A stretch of DNA of 64,000 nt, from IMG/VR virus record IMGVR_UViG_3300028840_007129; one strand, written 5' to 3'. Under the pieces are notes generated by a model, which saw nothing but the letters and a program-made list of their open reading frames with translations, ran no database searches and was not told the origin of the DNA. Within the stretch, counting starts at the first letter, position 1. Each line of letters starts with the position of its first letter. Shown here in pieces: positions 1-8,641 of the stretch. The position numbers and the translations under genes are program-made. The DNA is from an uncultured virus (IMG/VR IMGVR_UViG_3300028840_007129) (taxonomy: Duplodnaviria; Heunggongvirae; Uroviricota; Caudoviricetes).

Positions 1-390
1 CCTCGGATTGGTGATCTCGATGATCTGGACTTTAACGTTCAATTGGTTGAGTATTTCTCTCACGTCATCCAGGAAAAGAATTGGTTCATCACCTTCCAGA
101 ATGTTTTTAGTGTAGACAGTCACATAACTGGATCCTGAAACGATCTCGGAAGCGACCGATAAGGGCTCTGTTTTCAGAACGACAGGAACCTTGGATTGTA
201 CCGAACTGGATGGTACAAGGTCCAAGTACTTGGCCCGGTAGTTATAGAACATGGTGTCGGAGATGCCGGGGTTCCTGGTGGCCTTTTTGTAATCTCCGTA
301 GGTAGACCTCATTCCGTTCTCGGCCAAGAACTTGAAGACCTTCTTTCGTATGTGCATCTTCGGACTTTTGCGCTGTTTTTTAACAGCCAT
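1..390 (-). CDS. Hypothetical protein, partial (runs off the window edge); last visible gene of the GHKL operon
   Basis: Hand translation: ATG at 390 after an AAGGGGG SD, MAVKKQRKSPKMHIRKKVFKFLAENG..., open to base 1. Not in the ORF track. Confidence 0.7.
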   Translation of the reverse strand, partial: MAVKKQRKSPKMHIRKKVFKFLAENGMRSTYGDYKKATRNPGISDTMFYNYRAKYLDLVPSSSVQSKVPVVLKTEPLSVASEIVSGSSYVTVYTKNILEGDEPILFLDDVREILNQLNVKVQIIEITNPR

Positions 391-422
391 TTTTCCCCCT
401 TTATGGTTTGAGGGATAAAGGT

Positions 423-1208
423 TTATAGAGGAAGTTTATCGATGAGCTTTTTCTGAGCGTCCAGAAGAGAAAGGGCCCCTTTTAGAACTTCGTTATAGGC
501 TTTGGCTTTCTTAACGAACTTATCGAAGTCCTCCTGATATTGACCGGGGAGGAACTTGATTACTTCTCGGGCCCTATCCAGGTCGATAACGATGAAATCT
601 GAAGACTCCTCGACCAAGCCCTCCGAGTTCAACTGCTCCAGTGTGTTGATGATGTTGATAGGCTGCCGTTTTACTTTTGGCTTAATGACCTTCAAGCCCA
701 TTTGATTCATGGGTGATGTTCTGCCATGGATTGGTATGGAGGCTCTTCCTCGGACCTTTGAAACAGAGATACCGAATTCCGAAGAAGGACCAACATAAAC
801 GTACTTTCCTTCTACCTGGTCGATTCGATATCCCTTTCCGCGTACATCACTTATAGCGGCACACATCGTACCCTTGGTACCATACTCCATAAGCTTCTGA
901 AGTTCCTCAAAGGGTACTCCCTCCGGACGGCTATTGAGGAGGTCCAGGAGTTTCTTCTGCTTATCTCTTAGCCTTGAATCCTCCCGGCTGTTTGCTGTGG
1001 CAGATTTAGCACCATTACCAGGTATTGGACCTTCAAGGGTATAAAGGCCGTTTATCATCCTTATAGGCCACCCACGATGCCGCCGTAACCTGGAGATGTT
1101 GCTGTAGACAGCCGACCTCGATAACATGACGGTTTTAGCAAGGTCATCGAGGGAAATACCATTCGGGTACTGTTTCAGAACATTCATTACCTGCTCTGTT
1201 ACTGACAT
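423..1208 (-). CDS. Tandem winged-HTH DNA-binding protein
   Basis: Two BirA/HTH_11-like units: GISLDDLAKTVMLSRSAVYSNISRLRRHRGWPI and GVPFEELQKLMEYGTKGTMCAAISDVRGKGYRI. Confidence 0.75.
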   Translation of the reverse strand: MSVTEQVMNVLKQYPNGISLDDLAKTVMLSRSAVYSNISRLRRHRGWPIRMINGLYTLEGPIPGNGAKSATANSREDSRLRDKQKKLLDLLNSRPEGVPFEELQKLMEYGTKGTMCAAISDVRGKGYRIDQVEGKYVYVGPSSEFGISVSKVRGRASIPIHGRTSPMNQMGLKVIKPKVKRQPINIINTLEQLNSEGLVEESSDFIVIDLDRAREVIKFLPGQYQEDFDKFVKKAKAYNEVLKGALSLLDAQKKLIDKLPL

Positions 1209-1218
1209 CAGATGGCTC

Positions 1219-3135
1219 CTATGCCGATTTTATCGTTGCACCCCATTTACTACTTAAATTCTTTGCGAGTTCTGAAAGGTTCTTTTCCACTTTGGGCGGT
1301 GAAGTGGAAAGTTTTATAATCCGATCAGGACTAATCGGCTGAGGCGTGACCACTTCTACCGCAGTCTCTTCCGTTTCATCATCCTTTCTGGTATACCAGC
1401 CCATAAGACGGCAGTAGGAATCCTCAAGGAGTTTCTCGTACTGATCACGAGCCATTTCCTTGCACTCGTTGCGGATGATGGTATTGAGAGCAATGATGCG
1501 CTGATAGTTCTTCAACATCAGTTTCCCAATACTTCTCTTATCCTTTGAGAGGGTCATATAATCTGGATGGTCCGATGATACCTGAACCATGGTGCCCTCA
1601 ATTCGAGCCCGACGAATGTCCTGTTTACCGAAGGGCACTACGTCATAGCTGAAGCCGAACCCGTGTTTCTTTTTCCTCGGTTCGCTGTCACCGGTAGGGG
1701 TCGTATACTGTGGCTTACCTTCCGAGGTCGGGGTGCGCCCTATCGGTTTAGTGTATATTCGTCTGGCCCAAACATTACCGCAAGTTCCACAAACATACTT
1801 ATCTGAGTCTTCAAAAGCGTATATATGCCCGGCAACCGGCTTGCACCTTGGACATCTGGTAGGGGGCATGGTCAGACCACAGCTGGGGCACTTTGCCTGA
1901 TACCGTGCATCCACGGGGTCCAGGTTCGATGTAGACATGATATCTTTGAAGAGGTCTGGATTATCCTTGAAGAAGGCATCCATGTCCTTCTGCAGGTCAC
2001 GGGAGCTCCGTTCATCTCTTCGCTGGTGCTGCCCCTCGATATATTCACGGATTACCGGCCGGATAATCTCGATATCGGCATAATTCAGGATATTCATCAG
2101 GCAGTTACCGAAACTGTCAAATCCACCATCTACGAGGATCTTCCGCCGACTACCAGAGTAGACGTTGGGATTTTCACCACGGTCGATAGGGGTGATCCTG
2201 AAGTCTATCAGACCTTGAAGGAGATATTTGTTCTCTGCACTCTTGAAGATAGAGTCACGTCCTACCCGAAATCCGATAGCATCTCTGATATCCAGGGCGT
2301 TCTGGCCCTTTTCGCTTATACGGATGTCTCCGTCATTACCGGACCCGACCCATATGTCGAATGAGACCTTAAGTTCGAAGGTCCTGTCTTGAAGCGAGAA
2401 TATATCCCTACGGTTCCCGAGTTTATTGAGTAGTGGGTGTTCCTTCGATGGCAGGATAAACTGGAGGTGTTTTCCATGCCCGATCTTGGCAGAAATCTTT
2501 TTGGGTTTAGCGTCACCGCATTTCAGGAAACAGCTATATCTCTTCAGGTCGAATCCGCATTTCTTTTTCAGCTCCCGTTCCAGGGTAGAGAGCTCAAACT
2601 CCTTTTTGATATCAAATCGATTATCAAACCGAGAGGTCTTGCTTTCTCCGACACCTTCAAGAATAGTTATGGTTCCCTGTTCCCACCTTCTTAATTTTCC
2701 AAGAGCTGTAGCATTTCCACGACATTCTGTTTGGCTCATTTCACGAGCCTGCCCGACATCAGATACTACGGTATCATTCTGGCCGGTGCAGGATATCCAG
2801 TAGTACTTTTCTCCTACTTTGGAGATGATGACCATTCTTTTACTCAGGCGCATGAATGCGAGTATTCCTAAGCCGAAATGGCTCTGGCCCTTACTGGAGA
2901 CCCCCACGCTTTGACTGATCCGGTTAAGCTCATCGGCGTTCATGCCGTTGCCGTCACCATAGATATATACGCGTTTGTTATCGTAGTCTGTATCTACATG
3001 GACGACCTTGGCCCCAACCTCGTCCAGATTCTTGATGTACTCGTAGAGTGCATCGATTGGTGAGTTGTAGTCAGAGACATGAGCCATGAGGGTGTTCTCA
3101 AGGCTCCTTACTTGCCAAGCAAAGGTATCCGACAT
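1219..3135 (-). CDS. GHKL (MORC/MutL/Hsp90-like) ATPase with a C-terminal Cys-rich Zn-binding region
   Basis: Bergerat-fold motifs ALYEYIKN, GDGNGM, HFGLG and GT near the N-terminus; CPSC, CPRC and CGTC pairs later in the protein. Confidence 0.8.
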   Translation of the reverse strand: MSDTFAWQVRSLENTLMAHVSDYNSPIDALYEYIKNLDEVGAKVVHVDTDYDNKRVYIYGDGNGMNADELNRISQSVGVSSKGQSHFGLGILAFMRLSKRMVIISKVGEKYYWISCTGQNDTVVSDVGQAREMSQTECRGNATALGKLRRWEQGTITILEGVGESKTSRFDNRFDIKKEFELSTLERELKKKCGFDLKRYSCFLKCGDAKPKKISAKIGHGKHLQFILPSKEHPLLNKLGNRRDIFSLQDRTFELKVSFDIWVGSGNDGDIRISEKGQNALDIRDAIGFRVGRDSIFKSAENKYLLQGLIDFRITPIDRGENPNVYSGSRRKILVDGGFDSFGNCLMNILNYADIEIIRPVIREYIEGQHQRRDERSSRDLQKDMDAFFKDNPDLFKDIMSTSNLDPVDARYQAKCPSCGLTMPPTRCPRCKPVAGHIYAFEDSDKYVCGTCGNVWARRIYTKPIGRTPTSEGKPQYTTPTGDSEPRKKKHGFGFSYDVVPFGKQDIRRARIEGTMVQVSSDHPDYMTLSKDKRSIGKLMLKNYQRIIALNTIIRNECKEMARDQYEKLLEDSYCRLMGWYTRKDDETEETAVEVVTPQPISPDRIIKLSTSPPKVEKNLSELAKNLSSKWGATIKSA

Positions 3136-3151
3136 TTTTTACCTCTCGGAT

Positions 3152-3796
3152 TTAGATTTCTTCGGTTTGTCTCTGACCCCAAAGGATGTTGAACTCCTCA
3201 TCTGCCACACATTTCAGCTTATTAGACAAGGCATTACAGTTACCCCCTAAAAATGCTCTGATTTTTTTCATGCCATATTCTTTTATTGCCTCGTCCAACA
3301 GATAATTGGATAGAATAAGAGTCGATTCCAGGGCCTTCATCAGGTCCACTGGTTTCTCAGCGAGTGCATCAGCTTCATCCCTGGCTATATCAGCCAGAGT
3401 GAAAGTCGAGGACCTCTTATATTTCTGAGCGATGAGCCGAACGTTATCTACTTTGAGTTGTCCGGACAGAACGCTGTCGACCAATTTCTCGAACTCTTCT
3501 TCCCTGTTCTTTCCGCGCATGTTGCGATACAATCCTGGGAGGGCCGATATGGTGACAGCGTAGACATCATCGCGGGGGTTTTCGAGCCATTCAGGTCGGC
3601 GGGTCTTGACGAATCGATGAGCCTTGATGAGTTCCCTTATACGACTATAATTCATGTCCAAAAGGTTCATGTTATAACCGGCGTCTTCGAGTTGGCAGAG
3701 GAACCCCGAGATGGCAGTCCAATGTATTTGTTTTGCCAGGAATTTCGGAATGAGATCGTTAACTATCTCAACGATATGCTCAATTTCAGACGCCAT
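3152..3796 (-). CDS. Hypothetical protein, first gene of the GHKL operon
   Basis: 214-aa ORF with a GGAG SD, directly downstream of a sigma70-type promoter. Confidence 0.75.
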   Translation of the reverse strand: MASEIEHIVEIVNDLIPKFLAKQIHWTAISGFLCQLEDAGYNMNLLDMNYSRIRELIKAHRFVKTRRPEWLENPRDDVYAVTISALPGLYRNMRGKNREEEFEKLVDSVLSGQLKVDNVRLIAQKYKRSSTFTLADIARDEADALAEKPVDLMKALESTLILSNYLLDEAIKEYGMKKIRAFLGGNCNALSNKLKCVADEEFNILWGQRQTEEI

Positions 3797-3846
3797 TGAC
3801 TCTCCGGCGAGGTAATTTATGACAGGACATATTTCGTACAGTGACT

Positions 3847-3875
3847 AATATAACACGGATTGGCTTGACTGTCAA
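3847..3875 (-). promoter_or_regulatory. Sigma70-type promoter
   Basis: Minus strand TTGACA-17 nt-TATATT. Confidence 0.75.
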
Positions 3876-4555
3876 TAGGTAGCAAGAACTTTTTTTCTCA
3901 AGGCAAACCAACGGTCAGAATATTTGTTCTGGAAAATTCTATCGTATTCACCGCTAATTATCCGCTTAATTTGAGGCATGTAGGAACGGTGGAGAGCCGT
4001 AACCCCATGTATTCTCAGGGCCATTAAGTGATCTGGCGATCGGTAACCCTTGTTCGAAGCTATATGGTATTGGGAATAATCATTACCATAATGTTTTACT
4101 ATAAATCCGTCCCTGTAATCCTTTGCTATTATAGAGGCTACAGAGATCCCGAATACTTTTTCATCACCCTTGATTATGGTATAAACGGGGCACGGATATT
4201 CTATAGGATGTATGCCATCAATGAAAAGAGCGTCTGGCCTTACAGGCAAGCCATCAACGGCTCTCTGCATAGCCAGCTTATCGGCGGTTACTAGATTTCT
4301 AATCTTGCATATTTCCTGAGCTTTGACTACCCCGTAGGAGTAGACTACCCTGTTTCTTAATTCCGGAGCCAGCCTATATATAATTTCGTGTTTGAGCTTT
4401 TTTGAATCGTCTACGAGTTTATTCTCGAAGGGGGCCGTGATAAGAACAGCGCATGCCACTAGCTCTCCAAAGATAGCTCCCATTCCTACTTCATCAATAA
4501 AGGCAGGTGAGTTGTATTGAGATGTGATATGCTCTATAAAGGGGTCTGATATCAT
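3872..4555 (-). CDS. rnhB: Ribonuclease HII
   Basis: Motifs IDEVG, DDSKKL, LFIDG, IIKGD, ASIIAKDYRD, NKGY and HRSY. Confidence 0.93.
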   Translation of the reverse strand: MISDPFIEHITSQYNSPAFIDEVGMGAIFGELVACAVLITAPFENKLVDDSKKLKHEIIYRLAPELRNRVVYSYGVVKAQEICKIRNLVTADKLAMQRAVDGLPVRPDALFIDGIHPIEYPCPVYTIIKGDEKVFGISVASIIAKDYRDGFIVKHYGNDYSQYHIASNKGYRSPDHLMALRIHGVTALHRSYMPQIKRIISGEYDRIFQNKYSDRWFALRKKVLATY

Positions 4556-5067
4556 TGGACCCCCTCATAATCCATGTGACCCTGTCCATGGCCACGGTGG
4601 CGGCCATATGCCCAATCGTATATAAGCTTATATTCTGATAGCTTATATTCTGATATTATGTCTTTGAGCTCATTGACTTCACTTTGAAGGTCCCTGATTA
4701 ATTTCTTATCAGAATTATTAACTTTATCTCTTATTTTACTGACTTTCGACCTCAGTAAATTTTCTTCCTTTTTCAGGGACTTAAGACGATCTTCCACTTC
4801 ACTACAATTATGATTCATCTTAGCAAGTTCAGCTGCTTTTACTACTAAATCATCAGATATTTTCCCTGATTGTTCGTTAAGGGTCTTGAGAGATTTATTC
4901 TTAGATAGTAATTTCTCATTTTCCTTGAGGAGTTCCTTTTTCTCAGCCCTAAGTGCTACTACGGATGCTATCAGATTCTGATATTCAGTGTCCAGGTCTA
5001 CCAGGTTTCCAGGGGATGACTTTGTCTGGTTCCACTGAATCTTCCTGCGTAATGTTGTCATATCCAA
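4552..5067 (-). CDS. Coiled-coil hypothetical protein
   Basis: Heptad-rich K/E/L sequence; stop overlaps the rnhB start. Confidence 0.65.
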   Translation of the reverse strand: MDMTTLRRKIQWNQTKSSPGNLVDLDTEYQNLIASVVALRAEKKELLKENEKLLSKNKSLKTLNEQSGKISDDLVVKAAELAKMNHNCSEVEDRLKSLKKEENLLRSKVSKIRDKVNNSDKKLIRDLQSEVNELKDIISEYKLSEYKLIYDWAYGRHRGHGQGHMDYEGVQ

Positions 5068-5287
5068 GCTCTATTGCTTTATTGAGAGCGATAATAAGTG
5101 CCTTATGAGGACTATCTACAAATTCTCCCCTGAATACTTCTTTATAGCAGGATGAGTCATCAGTGTCTGAGTATATCTCGTTTATGATAGGAAGGAATCC
5201 GGAATCCGGTACGTAGCGGATTATGAAGTCTAGACATTTCATTTGGATACACAATGGGGGCATTGCTGCCCCCATTACCCTTACTAA

Positions 5288-5623
5288 TTAGTATCTGTTA
5301 CGGCTATAACCACCACCCCCACCATAGCCTCCTCCACCATAACCGCCGCCACCGTAACTACCGCCACCACTGCTGCGGGAAGGCCTTTCCTTGGCCTCGT
5401 TTACGGTGAGTTTCCGACCATTGAAGTCCTGGCCGTTGAACGCCTCGATGGCCTTATGGCTGTCGGATACCTCCACGAAGCCAAAACCACGAGACTTTCC
5501 GGTTTCACGATCGGTGATGATCGTGGCAGACTGTACGTCCACTACTGACGCGAAGTGACTCTTGAGATCCTCTTCCGTGACCGACCACGGAAGGTTACCG
5601 ACGTAGAGCTTTGCTGACACCAA
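5288..5623 (-). CDS. RRM (RNP-1) RNA-binding protein with a Gly/Tyr-rich tail
   Basis: RNP2 LYVGNL, RNP1 RGFGFVE, GRKLTVNEAK, and a GGGGY-repeat tail. Confidence 0.95.
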   Translation of the reverse strand: MVSAKLYVGNLPWSVTEEDLKSHFASVVDVQSATIITDRETGKSRGFGFVEVSDSHKAIEAFNGQDFNGRKLTVNEAKERPSRSSGGGSYGGGGYGGGGYGGGGGYSRNRY

Positions 5624-7217
5624 ACCAATCCTTTCCCTTGCACCAAAGGTGCATTACTGTTATAACTAGCATACCAACCGGTATGCATACCCATATTATA
5701 CTATGCGACATCCCTTTTTTGCACTTTTTTTCTGTGTGTGCCGTTTCAGCCAGTCTCCTGAGATATCTGCTTAATTCCTCGGGAGTTCTATTATCCAGTG
5801 ATTCAGATAGTCTTCTTAACTCACGCTGGAAATAATCCACATCCACGCTATATCTATTCATATTTTCCTCAATTTGCAACACTTATTCCGCTAGAAAGGC
5901 TCCTACCGAGATGCTCCCATAATAATGACCACTTCCAGGCTTCGGCTTCTATAGCACTTAAACGATCTAAGAGGGCCTTATACTCACATTCTTTGCGGCC
6001 ATTAGGTCCTGGGGCAGAGACGTCATAAAACGCATGGATAACTTTTTTGATAAAGTCATCATCGCTCATATTATGGGCTGACCGGGCGTCATAGACCCCC
6101 TGTATAGCTGCAATAGTGTCTACTTTCATTTTTCGTCCTGGTTTTCTTTTAGGATCTCGTATCTTGTCTTTCCTGACGCCCTATTTGACCGACATTGCCT
6201 GTTAGAACATTTCAAACTAAGCTCTTTAGCCTCTTTATCGTAAAAGGTATCAAGGGGATCCCCACATATGTCACAGGTTGGGACCGTGGCTTTATTTAAT
6301 TTAAACATGTCAGGAACATTCCAAGAATTTTCATACTTCTTACCCGCGCTCATTTTGAGAGCCTTCATCTACCAACCCTTTCAGCCAACCAATTATCTCT
6401 TTTCTGATTGAATCTCTATCCTTCTTATATTTGTAGTGGTTCAAATGTTCATTGATGATGAATTTAAGGGCACTAACAACATCGTGACTATGCATTTTTA
6501 TTTTCACGCCAACAGACTTTATATACTTCTTGTAATATTCAGGTAGACAGCTCAAATGGTAGAAATTCTTATAATATTTATCCCATATAACATAGCGTTC
6601 TTTACCGGGACCTATGGGGAGTTTGCATCTATGACAAGTAGATTTTTTGGGGCTTATTTCAAGCGTTACCTTAAAATATTCCTTCCCAAAGTTTTTTCTT
6701 ACCTCTCCACTCCATTCTTGTAGTCTTATAATCTTGGTAGTAGGGGGATGGTCCCTGTCCCCTATAACAGGTTCATCTTCATATCTTCCAATGATTAGGT
6801 CAAAGCGCCCCACTTCAGGGCCCCCTTGCCGGATCGAATATCACCCGTGACTTCAATAACCTTGAGAGACTCCTGATTATATCCGGTCCTGAAACTATTA
6901 ATAACAGATAAGGAGGACGCCCGATTTAGAAGCCTGTTTCCCAAATCATCAAAATCCATAAGTACAGTTCCCTTCATAAGATGATCCGGGTGGTGAGGAC
7001 TAAGTGTATACAAGGGTGTTCCATCGCAGTCACGATCATGGCTCACTACCCACAATCTTGCCTTAAATATCTCGCAAGCCCCCTCGCCATACCAGGTTTC
7101 ACCAGTCACTTCAACGAGTGAGCCTATAGGTATATCATGCTTTATACTCAGATTGTTTTCCCTGATTGTTTTCCCATTATCATCGATGATGTCCCCAACG
7201 AATACCGCGTTTTTCAT
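5595..7217 (-). CDS. Run of five small overlapping phage hypothetical genes (5595-5882, 5869-6129, 6126-6368, 6340-6813, 6795-7217)
   Basis: Overlapping stop/start junctions; two carry CxxC Zn-ribbon motifs. Confidence 0.6.
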
Positions 7218-7477
7218 ACAGTCCTCGTGAACTTATCGAGCTCTTCGAAATAGGTTTCCAGAGCCCTGAGAGCCCCTGATTTTTTACGTTCTAAACTGAT
7301 AGACCCCGTCGCGTAGTCAATAATAATCACTCTAAAGGGTACTGCTCCTCAAGTTCCGGATCTGAGTGATCATGCGCTTCTTCAATGCCTTCTTGTAGCT
7401 CTTCGGCAGATAGAACATCATCATCAAACGGGTATCGTTCAAGTTCTTCCATTGGTTCCCATGCCTTTCAAAAATTT

Positions 7478-7672
7478 TTATTGCAGCCAACGTTTACCGC
7501 ACTCGCCCGAAGTATGATACATGCACCCCGACGCAACAGGGCATTCCGAACGACGGCTCGGCATTTTGGGCTGCGGCTGTTGGTTGATGTGGATCGCAGG
7601 TTCCGTCAGTTTTGCGCGGCCAGCTACGCTATCGTGATACTCCTGCGAATCCTCAAACGGCGAATATGACAT
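7478..7672 (-). CDS. Cassette A small ORF (MSYSPFEDSQ...GKRWLQ), reading through its attC-like hairpin
   Basis: ATG at 7672 just inside the unit start GTTGGTTG; the stop lies beyond the downstream GTT core. Confidence 0.55.
   Translation of the reverse strand: MSYSPFEDSQEYHDSVAGRAKLTEPAIHINQQPQPKMPSRRSECPVASGCMYHTSGECGKRWLQ
7484..7586 (-). repeat. attC-like site 1
   Basis: Minus strand CAACCAAC-AG-CCGCAGCCCAAAATG...CTTCGGGCGAGTGCGG-TAAAC-GTTGGCTG; imperfect hairpin. Confidence 0.75.
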
Positions 7673-7690
7673 TGACGGCCTCACTTTATT

Positions 7691-7761
7691 CAACCAACGT
7701 CCGATGCAAGCCGCAGTTTGTACTCAAATTGACGTAGTGAACGGCTTGCATTTGTTGGTTG
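7691..7761 (-). repeat. attC-like site 2
   Basis: Minus strand CAACCAAC-AA-ATGCAAGCCG-TTCACTACGT-CAATTTG-AGTA-CAAACTG-CGGCTTGCAT-CGGAC-GTTGGTTG; perfect 10-bp arm. Confidence 0.85.
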
Positions 7762-7798
7762 CTGTATGCGACCGCTCCACAGTTTTAGCGAACGGGTA

Positions 7799-7930
7799 CT
7801 ATCCCTGAAGCTCCGTAACCACACGACTGTAGAATACCGGGATGAACAACAGCCACACAATACGGTGACGGATAACCTCACACTTGCCATACTTGCCACG
7901 TTTGATTTCTAACCACTGCCTATATACCAT
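7799..7930 (-). CDS. Cassette B small ORF, 43 aa (MVYRQWLEIKRGKYGKCEVIRHRIVWLLFIPVFYSRVVTELQG)
   Basis: Hand-translated; GGAGGT SD; lies between attC-like sites 3 and 2. Confidence 0.65.
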   Translation of the reverse strand: MVYRQWLEIKRGKYGKCEVIRHRIVWLLFIPVFYSRVVTELQG

Positions 7931-7975
7931 GATAACCTCCAGTGAGCGATTTACAAAATGGTCGGTCGCATATTG

Positions 7976-8126
7976 CAACCAACGTTCTCAGCAATGGCGA
8001 AGTTACCCGGCACCCCCGCACGCCTCGCAACCACAACCATGCTCGTGCCCGTTGCTATTGTAAATACCCAACGCGATACGACGCCGGGTAATTTCCGTAG
8101 GCTCCGCGCCATTGCTGTGTTGTGGG
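7976..8126 (-). repeat. attC-like site 3
   Basis: Minus strand CCCACAAC-A-CAGCAATGGCG...AAATTACCCGGC...GCCGGGTAACTT-CGCCATTGCTG-AGAAC-GTTGGTTG. Confidence 0.85.
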
Positions 8127-8215
8127 GCGTGACGTGCCGACTCCTTATTTCTCCACGCGGCTAGAATCATAAGGTCTGTTGGATCGCCAATTATTTGAGA
8201 ATCATCAATTGACAT
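8003..8215 (-). CDS. Cassette C small ORF, C-terminal half encoded inside the attC-like hairpin
   Basis: GGGAGGT SD; 70 aa; ends within site 3. Confidence 0.6.
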   Translation of the reverse strand: MSIDDSQIIGDPTDLMILAAWRNKESARHAPQHSNGAEPTEITRRRIALGIYNSNGHEHGCGCEACGGAG

Positions 8216-8271
8216 TGAAACCTCCCAGTTGTTTTAAGCCGCGCCTACAATAAAGACTCGGCACGGCATGT

Positions 8272-8412
8272 ACCACAACGTCCTGCTAAATGGCTGATAG
8301 TTTTGCCACGGCTTGTTCCAAATATTCTGCCACATGATTAACATGACCCATCGAATTACGCTGAAGTGCCTTTTCAACAAGTGGCAAAATTTCAGCCTTT
8401 AGCTGTTGTGTG
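8272..8412 (-). repeat. attC-like site 4
   Basis: Minus strand CACACAAC-A-GCTAAAGGCTGAAATTTTGCCACTTG...CAAGCCGTGGCAAAACTATCAGCCATTTAGC-AGGAC-GTTGTGGT. Confidence 0.85.
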
Positions 8413-8531
8413 TCTGTAAAATTTGCCTCCATAAGTTCAATGGCGGCATTCCACACGTCAGCCAATGTGGGCTTTTTGGTACAGGTTTGCAAATAGTTAC
8501 TTAACGAACGCTCGTATCTTATTGCCGCCAT
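8286..8531 (-). CDS. Cassette D small ORF, 81 aa
   Basis: GGAGGT SD; the C-terminal QQLKAEILPLVE...AVAKLSAI is encoded by site 4. Confidence 0.7.
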   Translation of the reverse strand: MAAIRYERSLSNYLQTCTKKPTLADVWNAAIELMEANFTDTQQLKAEILPLVEKALQRNSMGHVNHVAEYLEQAVAKLSAI

Positions 8532-8559
8532 TTATAACCTCCAAAAGCAAATTTTATTG

Positions 8560-8624
8560 CACACAACTTCATCAATAGCGCAATAAAGTTCGTCATTTGA
8601 AACTAACGCTGATACTGTTGAAAT
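8560..8624 (-). repeat. Degenerate attC-like site 5 or insertion boundary
   Basis: Minus strand ATTTCAAC...GAAGTTGTGTG with weak internal pairing; supplies the GTT start of cassette D. Confidence 0.4.
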
Positions 8625-8641
8625 CGTTTTCACTCAGATTT

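Noticed and set aside
7385..8164. ORF-track entries 7385-7669(+), 7690-7899(-) and 7958-8164(+)
   Set aside because: No SD sites; alternative minus-strand frames with SD sites fit the cassette boundaries better.
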